Positions 1-13,013 of a DNA stretch of 64,000 nt are shown piece by piece (within the stretch, counting starts at the first letter, position 1; each line of letters begins with the position of its first letter). Position numbers and translations under genes: made by a program. This DNA comes from Trichinella spiralis (taxonomy: Eukaryota). The notes under the pieces were generated by a model, which saw only the letters and a list, made by a program, of their open reading frames with translations, searched no databases and was not told the DNA's origin. The stretch spans positions 811,396 to 875,395 of the forward strand of contig NW_003526941.1 in the NCBI RefSeq assembly GCF_000181795.1, in the 5' to 3' direction.

Positions 1-777
1 TTCGGTAATAATTTTGTACGGACTTTGAAAAGCACACGCAGCGATATTACACAGAACATACGGAGCGTGTAAAATGGTAAATATGAGAACAGACAATTCA
101 GGAGAACAATATTTCATTTGAATATAATCTCTACGTCCAGCATAGCAGTTCGTCCGGAACATCTTCTGGTGGCAAGCAGTCAGAATAAAAAAACAAATGA
201 GGTTCAATATTACTTTCCATTTTGCATGTGCAATAATTGTTAATTAACTGAATGCTTTCAGTTTGAATAACAGCTGTGACATTCACCGGATAGGAATTGC
301 TATTTCAAATTATGTCAAATTTCACGTGCACTAAAAATAAATAAATAAATAAACATTTATTTTCACCATCTAGTGGAAAAAAGGATAATTTTACAATTGT
401 AAATTTGAAAGTTCATTATACGACGAATACAATGTTAATCAAGTTTGAGATTGTTAAAATAATATAATATTCTTTTTCGATTAGAATTGACCAGAAGTTT
501 CTGAGATTATAAGAAAATAATCATCGTTCCATATTTAATCAATTTCAATATGCAACTATGCTTAGAAAATAAAAAAAAATTATAATATTAAATTATAACA
601 AAAATTAATTTAACATATTACACAGATTCGAATATGGGGAAGCAATCACCTTGCACACCCGTGCCGTGTTGAACGTGGATTCCATTCATGCAGGCGGCTG
701 TTGCATTGCTCGCTCTATCCAAACTTGGAATGTTGTTGTTGTTGTTGTTTTTTCGTTGCTTGTAAAAGTGGTTGCAC
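1..777 (+). repeat. Near-identical direct copy of 2758-3527 (part of the EML gene) ending at an N gap
   Basis: Matches 2758-3527 apart from about 7 extra single bases, mostly homopolymer extensions; followed by 10 Ns at 778-787. Confidence 0.95.
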
Positions 778-787
778 NNNNNNNNNN
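778..787. other. Assembly gap (10 N)
   Basis: Run of N characters. Confidence 1.
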
Positions 788-2022
788 ATTTTTTCCATGG
801 TCAAGCTAGGAACAAGGCTAGCTTTGTTGCCCATGGAAAATGCCATTACATGTAGAATATGAATACAATGAATGACGCAGATAAACATGCGTAGTTATCA
901 GTTCGTGGTTCAGTTTTCTCTTATTCGGTTGTTGCATTTATATGTTTGCAGAATGTCACGTCGATACTGTTATAAATAAGTACTCGTGAATTTAATATTT
1001 GAACCAATGAAATGAAAAAGTATTTTAGGTAATCAAAAGTGAAAGGTTTGAATCAATGAGCAATTAGACAAAGCAAACTAATAAGACAACGACATGAAGG
1101 TCAAATAAAATAGCGCGGTTAACGACCAGTAAGAAAACGAGGTCAAAATTTTACCCGAACTAGACCAACCCCTTATATACGATATGATTTACAAGTTCAA
1201 CTACTACAGTTTCTAGTTGATTTAACAAATCTGAAATAGCCGTTGTTATATTGTTGATAAGTGGTATTTTGTGGTATTTTTTTTAATTATTAAGAGGAAT
1301 GTAACTTTTCACCTTTTCAAAGTTACGAATTATCAAACTATTGTTTTTCACTGAGCATAAGTCATTCATACTGTACAATTGCAATTTAGCGCAGATTGAT
1401 GTTTTCTATCGACTGATTGTGATCATAAATGAAATTTAAATATTTTTCAGAAACGTTAAAGTGTGTAATATAATTTTTCAATTGTTGATTCAAGTAATAA
1501 GTTACTGATGAAAATAAAAAAATTTGTTTTTTGTCATTTTCAAAAATTCTCTTTGATCTCGTAAAATGCAACGCCCTTGCCTCGCAGTGCTTAATAATAT
1601 TACCATTGTATTGAAATAATCCGCATTTGTTGAATATGTGTCACTGATATATGAGAAAGTGCAACCCCATTTGTTAAAAAATGATAAAAATAATAAAAAA
1701 AACTGCATAGTTCTCCGTGCTAAAATACCTGCACAGAAAAAGGTTGTCATACTGTAATGAAATTCAGTTTCCCACAATTTCTAGCCTGTTTACACAAGTT
1801 GCAACGAAACAATATAAACAAACGTGTTGACAACAGACGCGACGACGACGAGTTGACGGCTAGAATGATTTTAATACACAATCTGCGGTCAACCTGCTGC
1901 TGTTGCGTACTCAGCGCAGGCAGCAACGAGAAAAACTGACTACCTACCTATCTTCCACATATAAACTGGTCAAGCCGCGTTCGCTAACTTCCAGTTTGTC
2001 ACCGCTTGCTCAGCAATATTTC

Positions 2023-5000
2023 ATGACTGAACAATACACTAAAGTAAAAGAATTTATTATTATTATTATTGTTGTTGTTGTTGCTGTTATGTTAATTTTC
2101 GTTTTTTTTTCTTCTACTCACCTTGTTTGACAATTGACACTGCAAAGTGATATTGGACGATGGGGTAAATTTAAATGTGATGAGCATGTTTGACATTTTG
2201 TTGCAGCTCCGATGGATAAAGCTAAGGGCAGTGCTGAAAATTTATCGAAATGGTCGAGTGACCTCGCATCTCCGCTTTCTGCATCAACCAAATCATTGTA
2301 TTCTAGTTCGCCCAAGCAGACACCGCCCACAGGCAAGCAAACCGCATACGGCAGGTATATATGTATATGTATACACTTTTGTGGTTGGGAAAGTGAATAC
2401 CAACCACCACTGCTCGTCCTTCAGAATCGAATTTTGAAAATTGAATTTTTCTTTGCAAGCACAAAGACAACACTACGCCCACAGGAAGGTCGCGTTTATT
2501 TCACTTACAAACGAACGAGACGTTTCTACGAAATTCCGACCAACTTTGACGAAGAACAATTTTCCAATCAAACCCAAGCTCCAATTGAAACCGCCAATTT
2601 GGAATGGGTATACGCTTATCAATCCAACCAGTGCAAGTAATAAAACGCACATACACAAACAACTAGCGCATTATTCATTGGTTTTGCATCACGGTTGGTT
2701 GTTTTGTAGAAACAATTTGCACTTCTTACCGACAAATGAACTGCTGTACGCTGTAGATTCGGTAATAATTTTGTACGACTTTGAAAAGCACACGCAGCGA
2801 TATTACACAGAACATACGGAGCGTGTAAAATGGTAAATATGAGAACAGACAATTCAGGAGAACAATATTTCATTTGAATATAATCTCTACGTCCAGCATA
2901 GCAGTTCGTCCGGAACATCTTCTGGTGGCAAGCAGTCAGAATAAAAAAACAAATGAGGTTCAATATTACTTTCCATTTTGCATGTGCAATAATTGTTAAT
3001 TAACTGAATGCTTTCAGTTTGAATAACAGCTGTGACATTCACCGGATAGGAATTGCTATTTCAAATTATGTCAAATTTCACGTGCACTAAAAATAAATAA
3101 ATAAATAAACATTTATTTTCACCATCTAGTGGAAAAAAGGATAATTTTACAATTGTAAATTTGAAAGTTCATTATACGACGAATACAATGTTAATCAAGT
3201 TTGAGATTGTTAAAATAATATAATATTCTTTTTCGATTAGAATTGACCAGAAGTTTCTGAGATTATAAGAAAATAATCATCGTTCCATATTTAATCAATT
3301 TCAATATGCAACTATGCTTAGAAAATAAAAAAAATTATAATATTAAATTATAACAAAAATTAATTTAACATATTACACAGATTCGAATATGGGAAGCAAT
3401 CACCTTGCACACCCGTGCCGTGTTGAACGTGGATTCCATTCATGCAGGCGCTGTTGCATTGCTCGCTCTATCCAAACTTGTATGTTGTTGTTGTTGTTGT
3501 TTTTCGTTGCTTGTAAAAGTGTTGCACAGAGTGAATATATTTTAAAAAACAAACATTCCCCAATAATTGTTCAATGCCAGGATGGAGGCCAGTATTTGGT
3601 GACAGTCGAAGAGCAGCCACACCAACGATTCGCTGTCTGGCAGTGGAAAGAGCGACGTCTGCTGATCGAAAGCCGCCACGACCAAGGCATCGTCGTCGGA
3701 TGTGAATTTCACCCTTCCATTGGTAAGCTGTTCTTTTTGCACAGCGACGTCAAGCTTACGTTGGCGACGATCCATGGAGATCGGCTGCGTGAAATTTATC
3801 CCCAAGACGATCATCCAACGACTTGTACGCGGCGGTTCGTTGCCGCCACATTTGCCGACAACGGAGATTTACTTACCGGAGATTTGGACAGCGCAATCAC
3901 CGTTTGGGATGCAAGTAAGAAAATATTCATTCTGTTCTGATTAACAATGCACAAACCGCTTGCTTGCTCGGTTCCATTTCAAAGGAAACGGCAGACAAAA
4001 GTACAAATTCAAAACGGCTCACAGTGGAGGTGTGACACTGATGCTGGTTAACAAATGTGGAACGCTGTTCACCATTGGAGGTCGAGATCACAAGCTGATC
4101 GAATGGGCACCCAATTTACAAAAAATCTGCAAAATTGCTCAAGTAAAAATTTACAGTTTCAAAATAATAATCAACAACTAATGTTTAATGTTTAACGTTA
4201 ATGCAATAATGCAATGTGTCAGGTTTACTGTTTGTTCAGATTTCTGATCAACAATGCAAAATTAAGTCGATCACATTTGGCAGTGGAGAGGAGATTTTTC
4301 TTGCCACAGAAGATGGTCGTGTTCTACGAGCAACAACACTAGATGGCAAATTTGAGCAAGCTATTCCGACGGCAGAAAGCACATCGCCACGGTGTCTCGC
4401 GATCCATCCTCTGCTGCTTCGATTCATCTCCTGCAACAGAGACGGCCGCCTGACCATTTGGGATGGCACGTCGAAATCGTTGATCGGCTATGTTGATTTG
4501 AATGTAAATATTATTTCACATTATTCCAATTTAAACTATTTTTTTTTATCGAATCACACTCATACTTCCTCGTACAGAAACACTGCCAAACTTTGGCTTG
4601 GCAAAATTCTGGACAAGCAATAGCGGTCGGCTGCAAGGACGGCAGTTGGCTAATTTTGGACTCATCGTTAGAAAATGTCACAACAACGTGCTGCTGTGTG
4701 TTGAAAACAAGCATAACTTGTTTAGAGTTTTCCCAATGTTCGTGGAAGGATTATATTTTTGCAAGCAATCTTTTTTATTTTTTTTTCTTTTGCTCAAAGA
4801 AAGCGAATATTTTCAGCGGACAATAAGCTTGCAGTAGGCGACGCCAATGGAACGTTGTACATTTATCGACTTCAATCTGGCCACACTGATTATGCACTGC
4901 TTGGAAAAACTAAAGTCAGTTTTATCTCTGCTCAACACATTTTTACACCTCTTTGCATTTCGTTTAGCCACTGAAATGCCCCATTCAATACATCGATTGG

Positions 5001-5829
5001 TCCGATAATGAACAATTTTTACGTACTCAAACTGAAAATGCAGAAATTTTTTTCTGTATTCTTCTAATTTTCCATATTATTAGCTTGTAAAATATTTATC
5101 AAACAATTTTTCAGACAATGCATCAAACGGCCTTGAAGAAATCACTACTCAAACAATGCTACACAATGCTGTTTGGAAGACAGAAAACTGTTTTGCAAAT
5201 TTGAATACCTTGGGTAAGATTTTTTTGAAATGGAAACTGTTTTCACCGAAAGAAAAGAAAAGAAAAGAAATTTATCGCTGTTGTACATATTAAGGGGTGA
5301 TGAGCAATCTACCCGAGAGCAATAACAAAACACTGATGACAATATCGCACAAAAAGAAACTGCTTGCAATTATTGATGAATCATCAATTTTGAAGCTTTT
5401 CAACTACCCTTGTATTAGTGAAAACGTAAGTATTTTTTAAAACAATTTTTAAAAAGTAACGTAATATCTATCACTGTACAAGTAAAACCGAAGAATGCAT
5501 TGAAGCAAAAATTGAAATTCTACTTGAAAATCAATTACTGTCGCATTATCTTCAATAATCATATGAGAATACTGTACTTATTCAAGAATTTATTTGTAAT
5601 ACGATAACATGTAACTTCATTAGTGTAATAATTAAAAAAAACAGGAATGCCAACTTATTGTTACAACCTGCCTGCGAATCGTATAAAACAATCTCTGATT
5701 GAAACATTTCAGGCATTATTCACAACTACTCCCGTTAGAATGCTCAATGCAGAAACATTACTATTTACGAACGACGATTCGAGAATTATCACCACTGGAT
5801 GTAATATTTTCCAATGGAGTGTTGAGTGA
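2023..5829 (+). CDS. EML/elp-1: Echinoderm microtubule-associated protein-like (HELP + WD40), multi-exon; start uncertain
   Basis: HELP-like motif QAPIETANLEWVYAY, then NNLHFLPTNELLY...QRYYTEHTERVKCIAVRP across splice junctions, several WD40-like exons (LLTGDLDSAITVWD, AHSGGV, LAVGDANG) and C-terminal IITTGCNIFQW, TGA ending at 5829. Confidence 0.85.
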
Positions 5830-6441
5830 TTGCCCAATTTATATGCTAACATTAAAGCTACTAAATAATATGATCCTTTTGATTTCCTTTCTCCTACAAA
5901 CATCTTTAATATTTATCCTACAAACATTTAAAATCACTGCACTAGATTGTTTCACATAAAAAAATAATCTAATAATAAGTAAAAATGCTTATTATTAAAC
6001 TGAATGTCGATTATGGAAAAAACGACATTCATTTCTCATAAAATAAAACTAAAACCGATCACTCACTAATAATATATAATAACAAGCATTTCAAGGTGGA
6101 AAAAATTTTCTTCCATTTAAATACAACAAAAAATTACACTACAGAGAAAACAGAAAAATAATATTTTAAAAATACCTTGAACAAACGTAACATTATTCAT
6201 AACTGGCATATAGCAAGCAACAAGCAACTGCGAATACTGCAAAATAGATAAAAAGAACAGCTACGGGTAAAAATTAATAATCAATTTTTAACGAATCAAA
6301 TTTGATAAGCACAAATAAAATAAATGTACTTACTTTATTTGGAAGAATTCTTTGCTCAAAATGCAGAGGGAATAATAAACATAATAACAGGCGAAATAAC
6401 AAACAGGCCCGTGAACTTTGACACGCAACAAATAAAAATAT

Positions 6442-7623
6442 TCATACAAATTGGGTGGTGAAATTTTCAAAATAATTACCAAATTCATACATTCGAATAA
6501 TTCCATCACGGGCAGAGGTAAAGACGATATTATCTACAACACGAACTGAATAGACAGGCTCGTGATCAGGGCCAAGCAACTGTATGTCCGGTAGGGAGCC
6601 GACATGTTCGCCTACATAATGCACCTGACCGTTCGATAACGCGGCAAAAAATCCAGCACCCCATTTTTTCAAACTGTTCACTTCGCCAGTATAGCCACAT
6701 TGCCAAAGTGGCGTATCAGTTTTGCCCAAATCGAACAACCGTATTTGATCCTCGCAAGAAACGAGCACTTTTCGATCGTCCAAAAATTCACACACCCCAA
6801 CTGAATACGGCAAACGCATCTCGGCTATCTTAGAAGTCGACTGCAAATCATAGCAGTCGAACTTGCCGTTGCTATGGCCGACAGCGAAGATTTTCCCATT
6901 CATCGGATCATTCTCTCGGCCCAAGTGACTGTAGTAAACAGCTTCCATTGTCGTAACAGGAGAATCATCCTTACAAATCTCTTGAATGCAAACGTTTTGG
7001 CCCACATCCCAAAGACGACAAGTGCCATCTTTGCTACCAGAAAGAACTTGTTTACCAACTCCGACAAAACCGACACCAGTGATGCTGCCTCGGTGGCCGA
7101 CAAACGAGCGCACGCATTCGCCCAATTCCACAGACCAAATTTTGCAGCTCATATCCAAACCGCCTGACAAAATCACCAGGCCAGAAGGGAAAAAACGAGC
7201 ACATGTCAACTCCAAACAATGACCCTCGAACCTGCGACGTACCATACCGCCAGTCGTTTCCCAAACATAAAGCACTCCATCACGATCTGTTGACAATCCC
7301 AAACCACCATCAGTGACGTCCAACACGTTTGAATAAAGCTGCTTAGAAGGATGGAACTGTTTTTGTGAAGAGTAGCAGATGCAAGAAAAATTTTCTGGAA
7401 CGTAAGTAACTTTGAGAACGTCCGGTTCGACGAGGCACGCTTGCAAACGTTCATCGCTGGTTGGAAACGATTTATCTTCTTGCAATGCATGACAATAAAC
7501 ATACGCATAAAGTGTTGGCATATCTTTTACTTTTAAATTAACCCAAAATTTTTCTTCTTTATGAGCTGTAGCTTCTAACCAATCATGTTGAATTTGAAAA
7601 CTGCACCTATCGGCAGCCGACAT
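6442..7623 (-). CDS. PAAF1: Proteasomal ATPase-associated factor 1 (Rpn14-like WD40), single exon, 393 aa
   Basis: N-terminal IQHDW motif; RFEGHCLELTCARFFPSGLVILSGGLDMSCKIWS is typical of PAAF1; ATG at 7623. Confidence 0.88.
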   Translation of the reverse strand: MSAADRCSFQIQHDWLEATAHKEEKFWVNLKVKDMPTLYAYVYCHALQEDKSFPTSDERLQACLVEPDVLKVTYVPENFSCICYSSQKQFHPSKQLYSNVLDVTDGGLGLSTDRDGVLYVWETTGGMVRRRFEGHCLELTCARFFPSGLVILSGGLDMSCKIWSVELGECVRSFVGHRGSITGVGFVGVGKQVLSGSKDGTCRLWDVGQNVCIQEICKDDSPVTTMEAVYYSHLGRENDPMNGKIFAVGHSNGKFDCYDLQSTSKIAEMRLPYSVGVCEFLDDRKVLVSCEDQIRLFDLGKTDTPLWQCGYTGEVNSLKKWGAGFFAALSNGQVHYVGEHVGSLPDIQLLGPDHEPVYSVRVVDNIVFTSARDGIIRMYEFGNYFENFTTQFV

Positions 7624-8180
7624 TTTCAACAAGTATGTGGTATACTGTAACAAAAAGTTAGCAGGTGCAATTTATAATGCAAGATTTCAATACCGTACAG
7701 AAGGTTAAAACATTGAATAAAAAGAAACAGAAAACAACAAAAATAATAATCAATAAACGAACAATATGATATATAACAACGATATGTAAATGATATGATA
7801 AATAATATGATATATTGAATAGACTTTTCATGAAATAGAAGTTCTCTTAATTTCATGGATCTATTAATCACGCCAGAGTATACTTCTTGCAGATTTACTA
7901 TAAAAAATATTTAATCATGTAAATGATTTACATTATTATTATTATTATTATTATTAATTACTTTAATATTTGAACAAAACCTTAATAATCATTAAAATCA
8001 ACAAAAAATAAAAAATTAAATAATTCTTGAAATGAGAATGAATTATTTTATTTGCAAATAGAGAATAGAAAACTTTAAAGTAATGTTTTTCAAATAGTTG
8101 AACGTAAACTTATAATTTGTACCTCCGCATCTTATTGTTCAATATGATTCTGTAAAGTGGAGCATTGTTGTAATTGAAGA

Positions 8181-9562
8181 ATGTCGTTTCGATACAAACA
8201 ACTTCGACAACGCTTTCAGCGAACGTTGTATTACACGAAAAATCAGAAAATTGACCAGCTTTCGTATCCTTTGACAAGTACGTCAGTATTATTAAATCTT
8301 TGTAGTTTTTGAATCGACGCAAAAACCAAGCACCTTGCTCTTGCTAAAACTAGGTTCAGATTCTTGACCAAAATTGTATTATTATTATTTATTTATTAAT
8401 TTATAATGATGATGGGTTATTGTTATTTTCAGAATTAGCTGTTGAATATTTCGATGTTACATCGCCGTTTGATCGTCTTGACGAACAATTCGCTTGCGAT
8501 GTGTCGATTGAAGGCGCTGTTTCGCCTTGCGTTTTCGTGGTAGCGTTGGTTTACTTGGAACGACTGCGTCAGGAGAACAAGGATTTTTTCCAAAGCACTT
8601 GTCCAGATGACCTGTATGCTGTGGCAGTGGTAATCAAAATAACAGCATTTCATATAACGTTGTCTCATTTGTTTTCTTAATTGCAACCAGTTTTCAGTTT
8701 CAAGCAACAAACAGTTGCTTGCGTTGATGATGCCCACGCGCTGTTGCGCTTGTTTGCCCATTTTGAGTTGAATAGATAGAAGAAGAAAATTTTGATATTT
8801 CTAAATAAACATTCTGCTTTTTCTCTTTTTTCAGCTTTGCGCAACTAAATTTCTAATCGACGACGGACTGAAGCACAGCTTGTGCAATCGTGAATGGGCC
8901 ACTTCGTGTTCAAAACCGTTAAGTCAAATAAACCGTTTGGAAATCGACTTTCTACAAAAGTTGGTAATGAAAATAATCTCCACGTTAGCATTTTGTTATT
9001 TTTCTTTTCGTTTTCAAGAGTTGGAGTATGATGGTGCATAGTGAGGAGTTTTTTGTCATGCTCGGCGTGTTGGAAAAAAAATTAGCTATGGAACAGAGTA
9101 GAATCAGAGGATACTGTACGTATGCTGAACTCGAAGTGCTGACTGATCATTATAATTTGGAATTTTTGATCGAAAACTTGCTGAAGCCTGTTCTAGTTGT
9201 ATGTAGAATATATTTTTTTAAGTGATACATAAATATATCCCAACTCCGTCTTTTAGACTGTAGCCTTCCTGACAGCCGCGTATGCTTTGGCTTGCTTCAG
9301 TTTGCTCAGCGTTCCGGACAGTGGTCAGTTGATTTCTGTCGACATGAACAAAACAGCAACGTACACAATACCGAATGTCACCGGTGACGGTATGTATGAT
9401 GGCGATGTTAATTTATGGCCTCTGTTCAGAGGTAAAACGGTAGTGCCGCCCAGTGCTATTGGCTTTGAGAAGCCGATTTGTAAAGACACGCTTTGGTTAA
9501 GCTACGGTCGAACCAGAAACAACAACGCACCCACTGTATTAGCGGTGAAAGTTGTATGGTGA
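8181..9562 (+). CDS. CNPPD1: Cyclin Pas1/PHO80 domain-containing protein, multi-exon
   Basis: Exons give RFQRTLYY...SYPLTKLAVEYF, SPCVFVVALVYLERLR and ATKFLIDDG...CNREWA, matching the CNPPD1 cyclin-like core. Confidence 0.85.
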
Positions 9563-9723
9563 TATTTTTGGTTTTGTTTCTTCTGATACAAGAAATAAAG
9601 AAAAACGGAACCCAAAACTGAATTTGTGTATTATATACGATGAAAAAAAACTGCAATCCATTATAATGAAAAATAAACAAATAAACAAGCGTAAAAAATG
9701 TGAAATTAAACTTTGTTTCTCAC

Positions 9724-11493
9724 CTAAAATCGAAAAGATGCTGGTTGTTGTTGTTGTTGGCGGTTCTTACGGCGAGACAGTTCGGCGGCAACTGTGGCGC
9801 AGACCAGTGCCCGAGCCTGTAAGATGGACGTCTGCTGACCAGTAATAATGATCAACCGCTTTGCGGACTGCGCGTTTTGGACTGTCCCTCGGCGGGACAC
9901 TTCCACTTTGGCACCACTACGACGTTGAATGTCCAGCAATGTGAAGCCGTTCTTTCCAAGCACAGCGCCCACGATCCATTCAACTACCTCTAGTTCAACC
10001 CGATCGATCCCTTCCAACTGTACGCGAAGTACATTGTCCGGCAAATGCTGCTGCCGCTGTAGCAGTAGTAGCTGTTGTTCTTGGTCTTGTTGCTGTTGCT
10101 GCTGCTGCTGCTGCGAATGATAATGATGTCGATTCATAAATGTTTCATTGTCAAAAGTTGAATTCTTGCGGCCAGCTTGGACAACGGTCAGAGCTAACGG
10201 TTCCGAATAAGCACAAGGTACGAGTGAAGGCAAATTCACGTTGCGGCAACTGCCGTAGTGGGACGTACAATAGCCGAGTGGAGTGGGTGTCGTCGCCCAT
10301 TCCACTTGGCTACTATATGCTGCCATTACGTCAGCGTAAATTTTTTCCAAATCCAGACCACAACCTATCAGCTCGTACTTGAGCATCACGTTAACTGCCT
10401 GTACAACGTCGACCACCGCCGGCTGACTGTAGCCGCGCCTGACCAATTCGGCCCGGACCCGTTCAGTGACCATCGCCGCTACCAAGTCCAAGCCGGCTAC
10501 TGAAGACGGTGCCGGCGCCGGTGCCTGAGGCTGCCCGTAGCTAATTCGACCGTTATTGGTGGAGTTGGGATCGGCGGCGACTTTGTTTAAAACGACCCGC
10601 AGTGCGGCCAAGGTGATTGCTTCGTCGGCACCAAGAATAGTAACCACGCGCTCGGCGACGCTCTGCGTCCTAGAGGAGACCTTCACTTGGGCGTGGGTTT
10701 CTTCTTTGATGACACGTATCTCTTCACCGGCCTTGCCAATAATCACACCCGCGCTGCTGTTGGCAATCACCAACTTTACCTACATTACATACATTTATTT
10801 ATTTATTTATTTATTTTTGAAAAATAAATCAAAAAACATAAACAACAATTGAATAACAAACTTGACTAGAACGATTGGCATGCTTGAAGTCAAATTCGTC
10901 TGGCTTCGTGTTGAAAGCTTGCTGTTCTTGGATTTTTGTCATCGTAAACTGTATAACTTCGACTACCGACGACAAGGGACCAGCAATTAATAATACACGT
11001 TCTGTAGTTCCTTTTTCCAAAAGCATGCAAAGCAAGTTCGATATAATGAATTTTGCATAATAAAAAAACAAGCAAAAAATAAACCTGGAAACAATTCCGA
11101 CGGCTTGGACATCTTCAACTGATGCAACAACGATTTGCGCTTCAAGCTAGCAATGTGCGAACCATTTCTACCAATCACCGCTCCCGAGGCTGTCCGTGGT
11201 ATGAGAACTTTTATCATCACCTGCTGCTCTGAACATTTTTCAGCTTTTCTCGTTTCTTCACAACAGCCTTCTTTGTATTGGTTTAAACAAACAAATAAAT
11301 AAAAACAAACAAATCAACTAGCTAAAAAACATTATTATAAACAACGAATACCGTCGCCGTGGTTGGGGACCGTGCTGTTCTGTGCTTGCACCGGCGCAGT
11401 TAGCGAGCTGGAATTCACGTTCTGCTCTCGCTGTACTCTGGTATCGCATTCGACGTCGTCGATTATTTTTTGCACGCCGAGATTCTCCGCCAT
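9724..11493 (-). CDS. NOVA: NOVA/pasilla-like triple KH-domain RNA-binding protein with polyQ tract
   Basis: KH1 IKVLIPRTASGAVIGRNG...FPGTTERV, KH2 VIANSSAGVIIGKAG, KH3 IVGAVLGKNG; putative ATG at 11493 with in-frame splicing. Confidence 0.8.
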
Positions 11494-12158
11494 TACGAAA
11501 TTATTAGCTAATCATTATTTCACTGCAATTTTAATTCAATAAAAAATGCACAGAAAATTTCACCATTGCATTGTTGAAAAGATAACAAATAATGCATAAC
11601 AAAAATTGCACCGATGAACTTACAAGCAGGATGAAATATTTATACAATACAGTAAGAAAAGAAACGTTTGAAACACAATGCAGGTTTGACTGATATTAAT
11701 TTTTACGCTGCACTTCCTGCAATACATTATTCAACTGTAACAACGAATACAAATAGTCAGCAAGCGAGTGTGCATTTATTGAAACTTATTATCAATAAAA
11801 TCTTATTGAAAATAATTTTTCTTTAAAAATTGTTTTGAAATAATTTTTACAATAGCATGGAATAATTTAACTATAATTTATTTTTCAATTTTTTTTTTAC
11901 AAAAACATTATTTTTCCACCTCTTAAAATGCTAATTGGAAACATTTATTTTTGAAACACTTATGTGCCATTAATTACGGTAAAATACTTGTCATACGTTA
12001 AAATATATAGTTTCTCATTTTCCTCATAGTTGGTTATCATATTAATTGTGTATTTTTATTTTCAGGTAAAAATAGCATTTCAGACCTTGAATTGGGGTCA
12101 TTTATTTTGTAATTATTCTTTCCCTCTATGAAAACAAACTAGAGTTGAATGTTGCTTC

Positions 12159-12972
12159 ATGTCGGACCTTGTTTCCTCTGATGGAGACAAAACTCTGAGT
12201 GAAAAGTCGCAAAAAACTCTCCTTGCTTCACAAGTTTTAGGTAAAATGCAATGCTTACACTATACACATACCTACATATATATATATATATATAAATATA
12301 TACTGTCGTTCTGTGTTATTTCGTTATGATTTGTTTATAACTTTAATTAATTATTTGACTGAATATTTCTTTTTCAATAATGCATTATTGATGTTGAATA
12401 GAACAGAATATATTGCATGAATCAATAATTCATTTTTGAAAATAAAAAGTACATACTTTACTCGTCATTGTCATTATATTCTAGGTGGAGCTGTGGTTAT
12501 TTGTCTTGCTGGTGCTGCGTTTTCTACCGGCTTTATTTATTCACTTGCTCGATCTCAGAAAAAGCTTTCCACTTCCGTATCGAAAGTATTACTTTCAAAT
12601 TTTTGCTTTGAAATTTCGTTTTTCTATTCTGCATCTCCGTTTGTAGACTGTGTCGATCAACGCATACGCGTCCGCGTTGAAGGCTCTTTTTTTGGGTAGT
12701 GCTGCTGCGGTTTCTGCCGTCGGAGGAACTGTATTCGCAACTTGCAAATTGGTCGGAATTTCCAGTGTAAATATGCATATGTAGTGGATAGTGTGTGATA
12801 AATGAGATAAATAAATGTTTCATTCAAGCTGGAAGATTTGCGCACGTTGAATAAAAAAGGTTCGAAATTGAACATACCTCATCCGTCATCGGTCGGCCGT
12901 AGTGAGTTTGCAAATTTGCAAGAACTGGCCGACTATCTGGTCGAAGAGGATAAGAAAAAGAAAAGCTGCTGA
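12159..12972 (+). CDS. TMEM242: TMEM242-like small membrane protein, 4 exons
   Basis: Spliced product includes LAGAAFSTGFIYSLARSQKK, ALKALFLGSAAAVSAVGG...LVGISS and GRSEFANLQELADYL; TGA at 12970-12972. Family assigned from recalled similarity. Confidence 0.75.
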
Positions 12973-13013
12973 TGCAGCAGCGATTGAATTGCAATTGACG
13001 AGCCGAAATAATT

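Noticed and set aside
791..840. Inverted repeat TTTTCCATGG...CCATGGAAAA with a partial X-box-like sequence
   Set aside because: Adjacent to the gap, imperfect second half-site, and about 1.2 kb from the EML start.
8264..8271. GTATCCTT, a perfect U12 donor
   Set aside because: Lies inside the CNPPD1 coding exon (SYPL); the in-frame donor is the GTACGT just downstream, and there is no U12 branch point.
8693..8815. Hairpin plus AGAAGA and ACA in CNPPD1 intron 2
   Set aside because: The second hairpin is too short and pocket spacing is not met, so it is insufficient for an H/ACA call.
12967..12987. TGC-TGA-TGC at the TMEM242 end, suggesting selenocysteine or read-through
   Set aside because: No SECIS recognised, the family is not known as a selenoprotein, and another stop follows five codons later.
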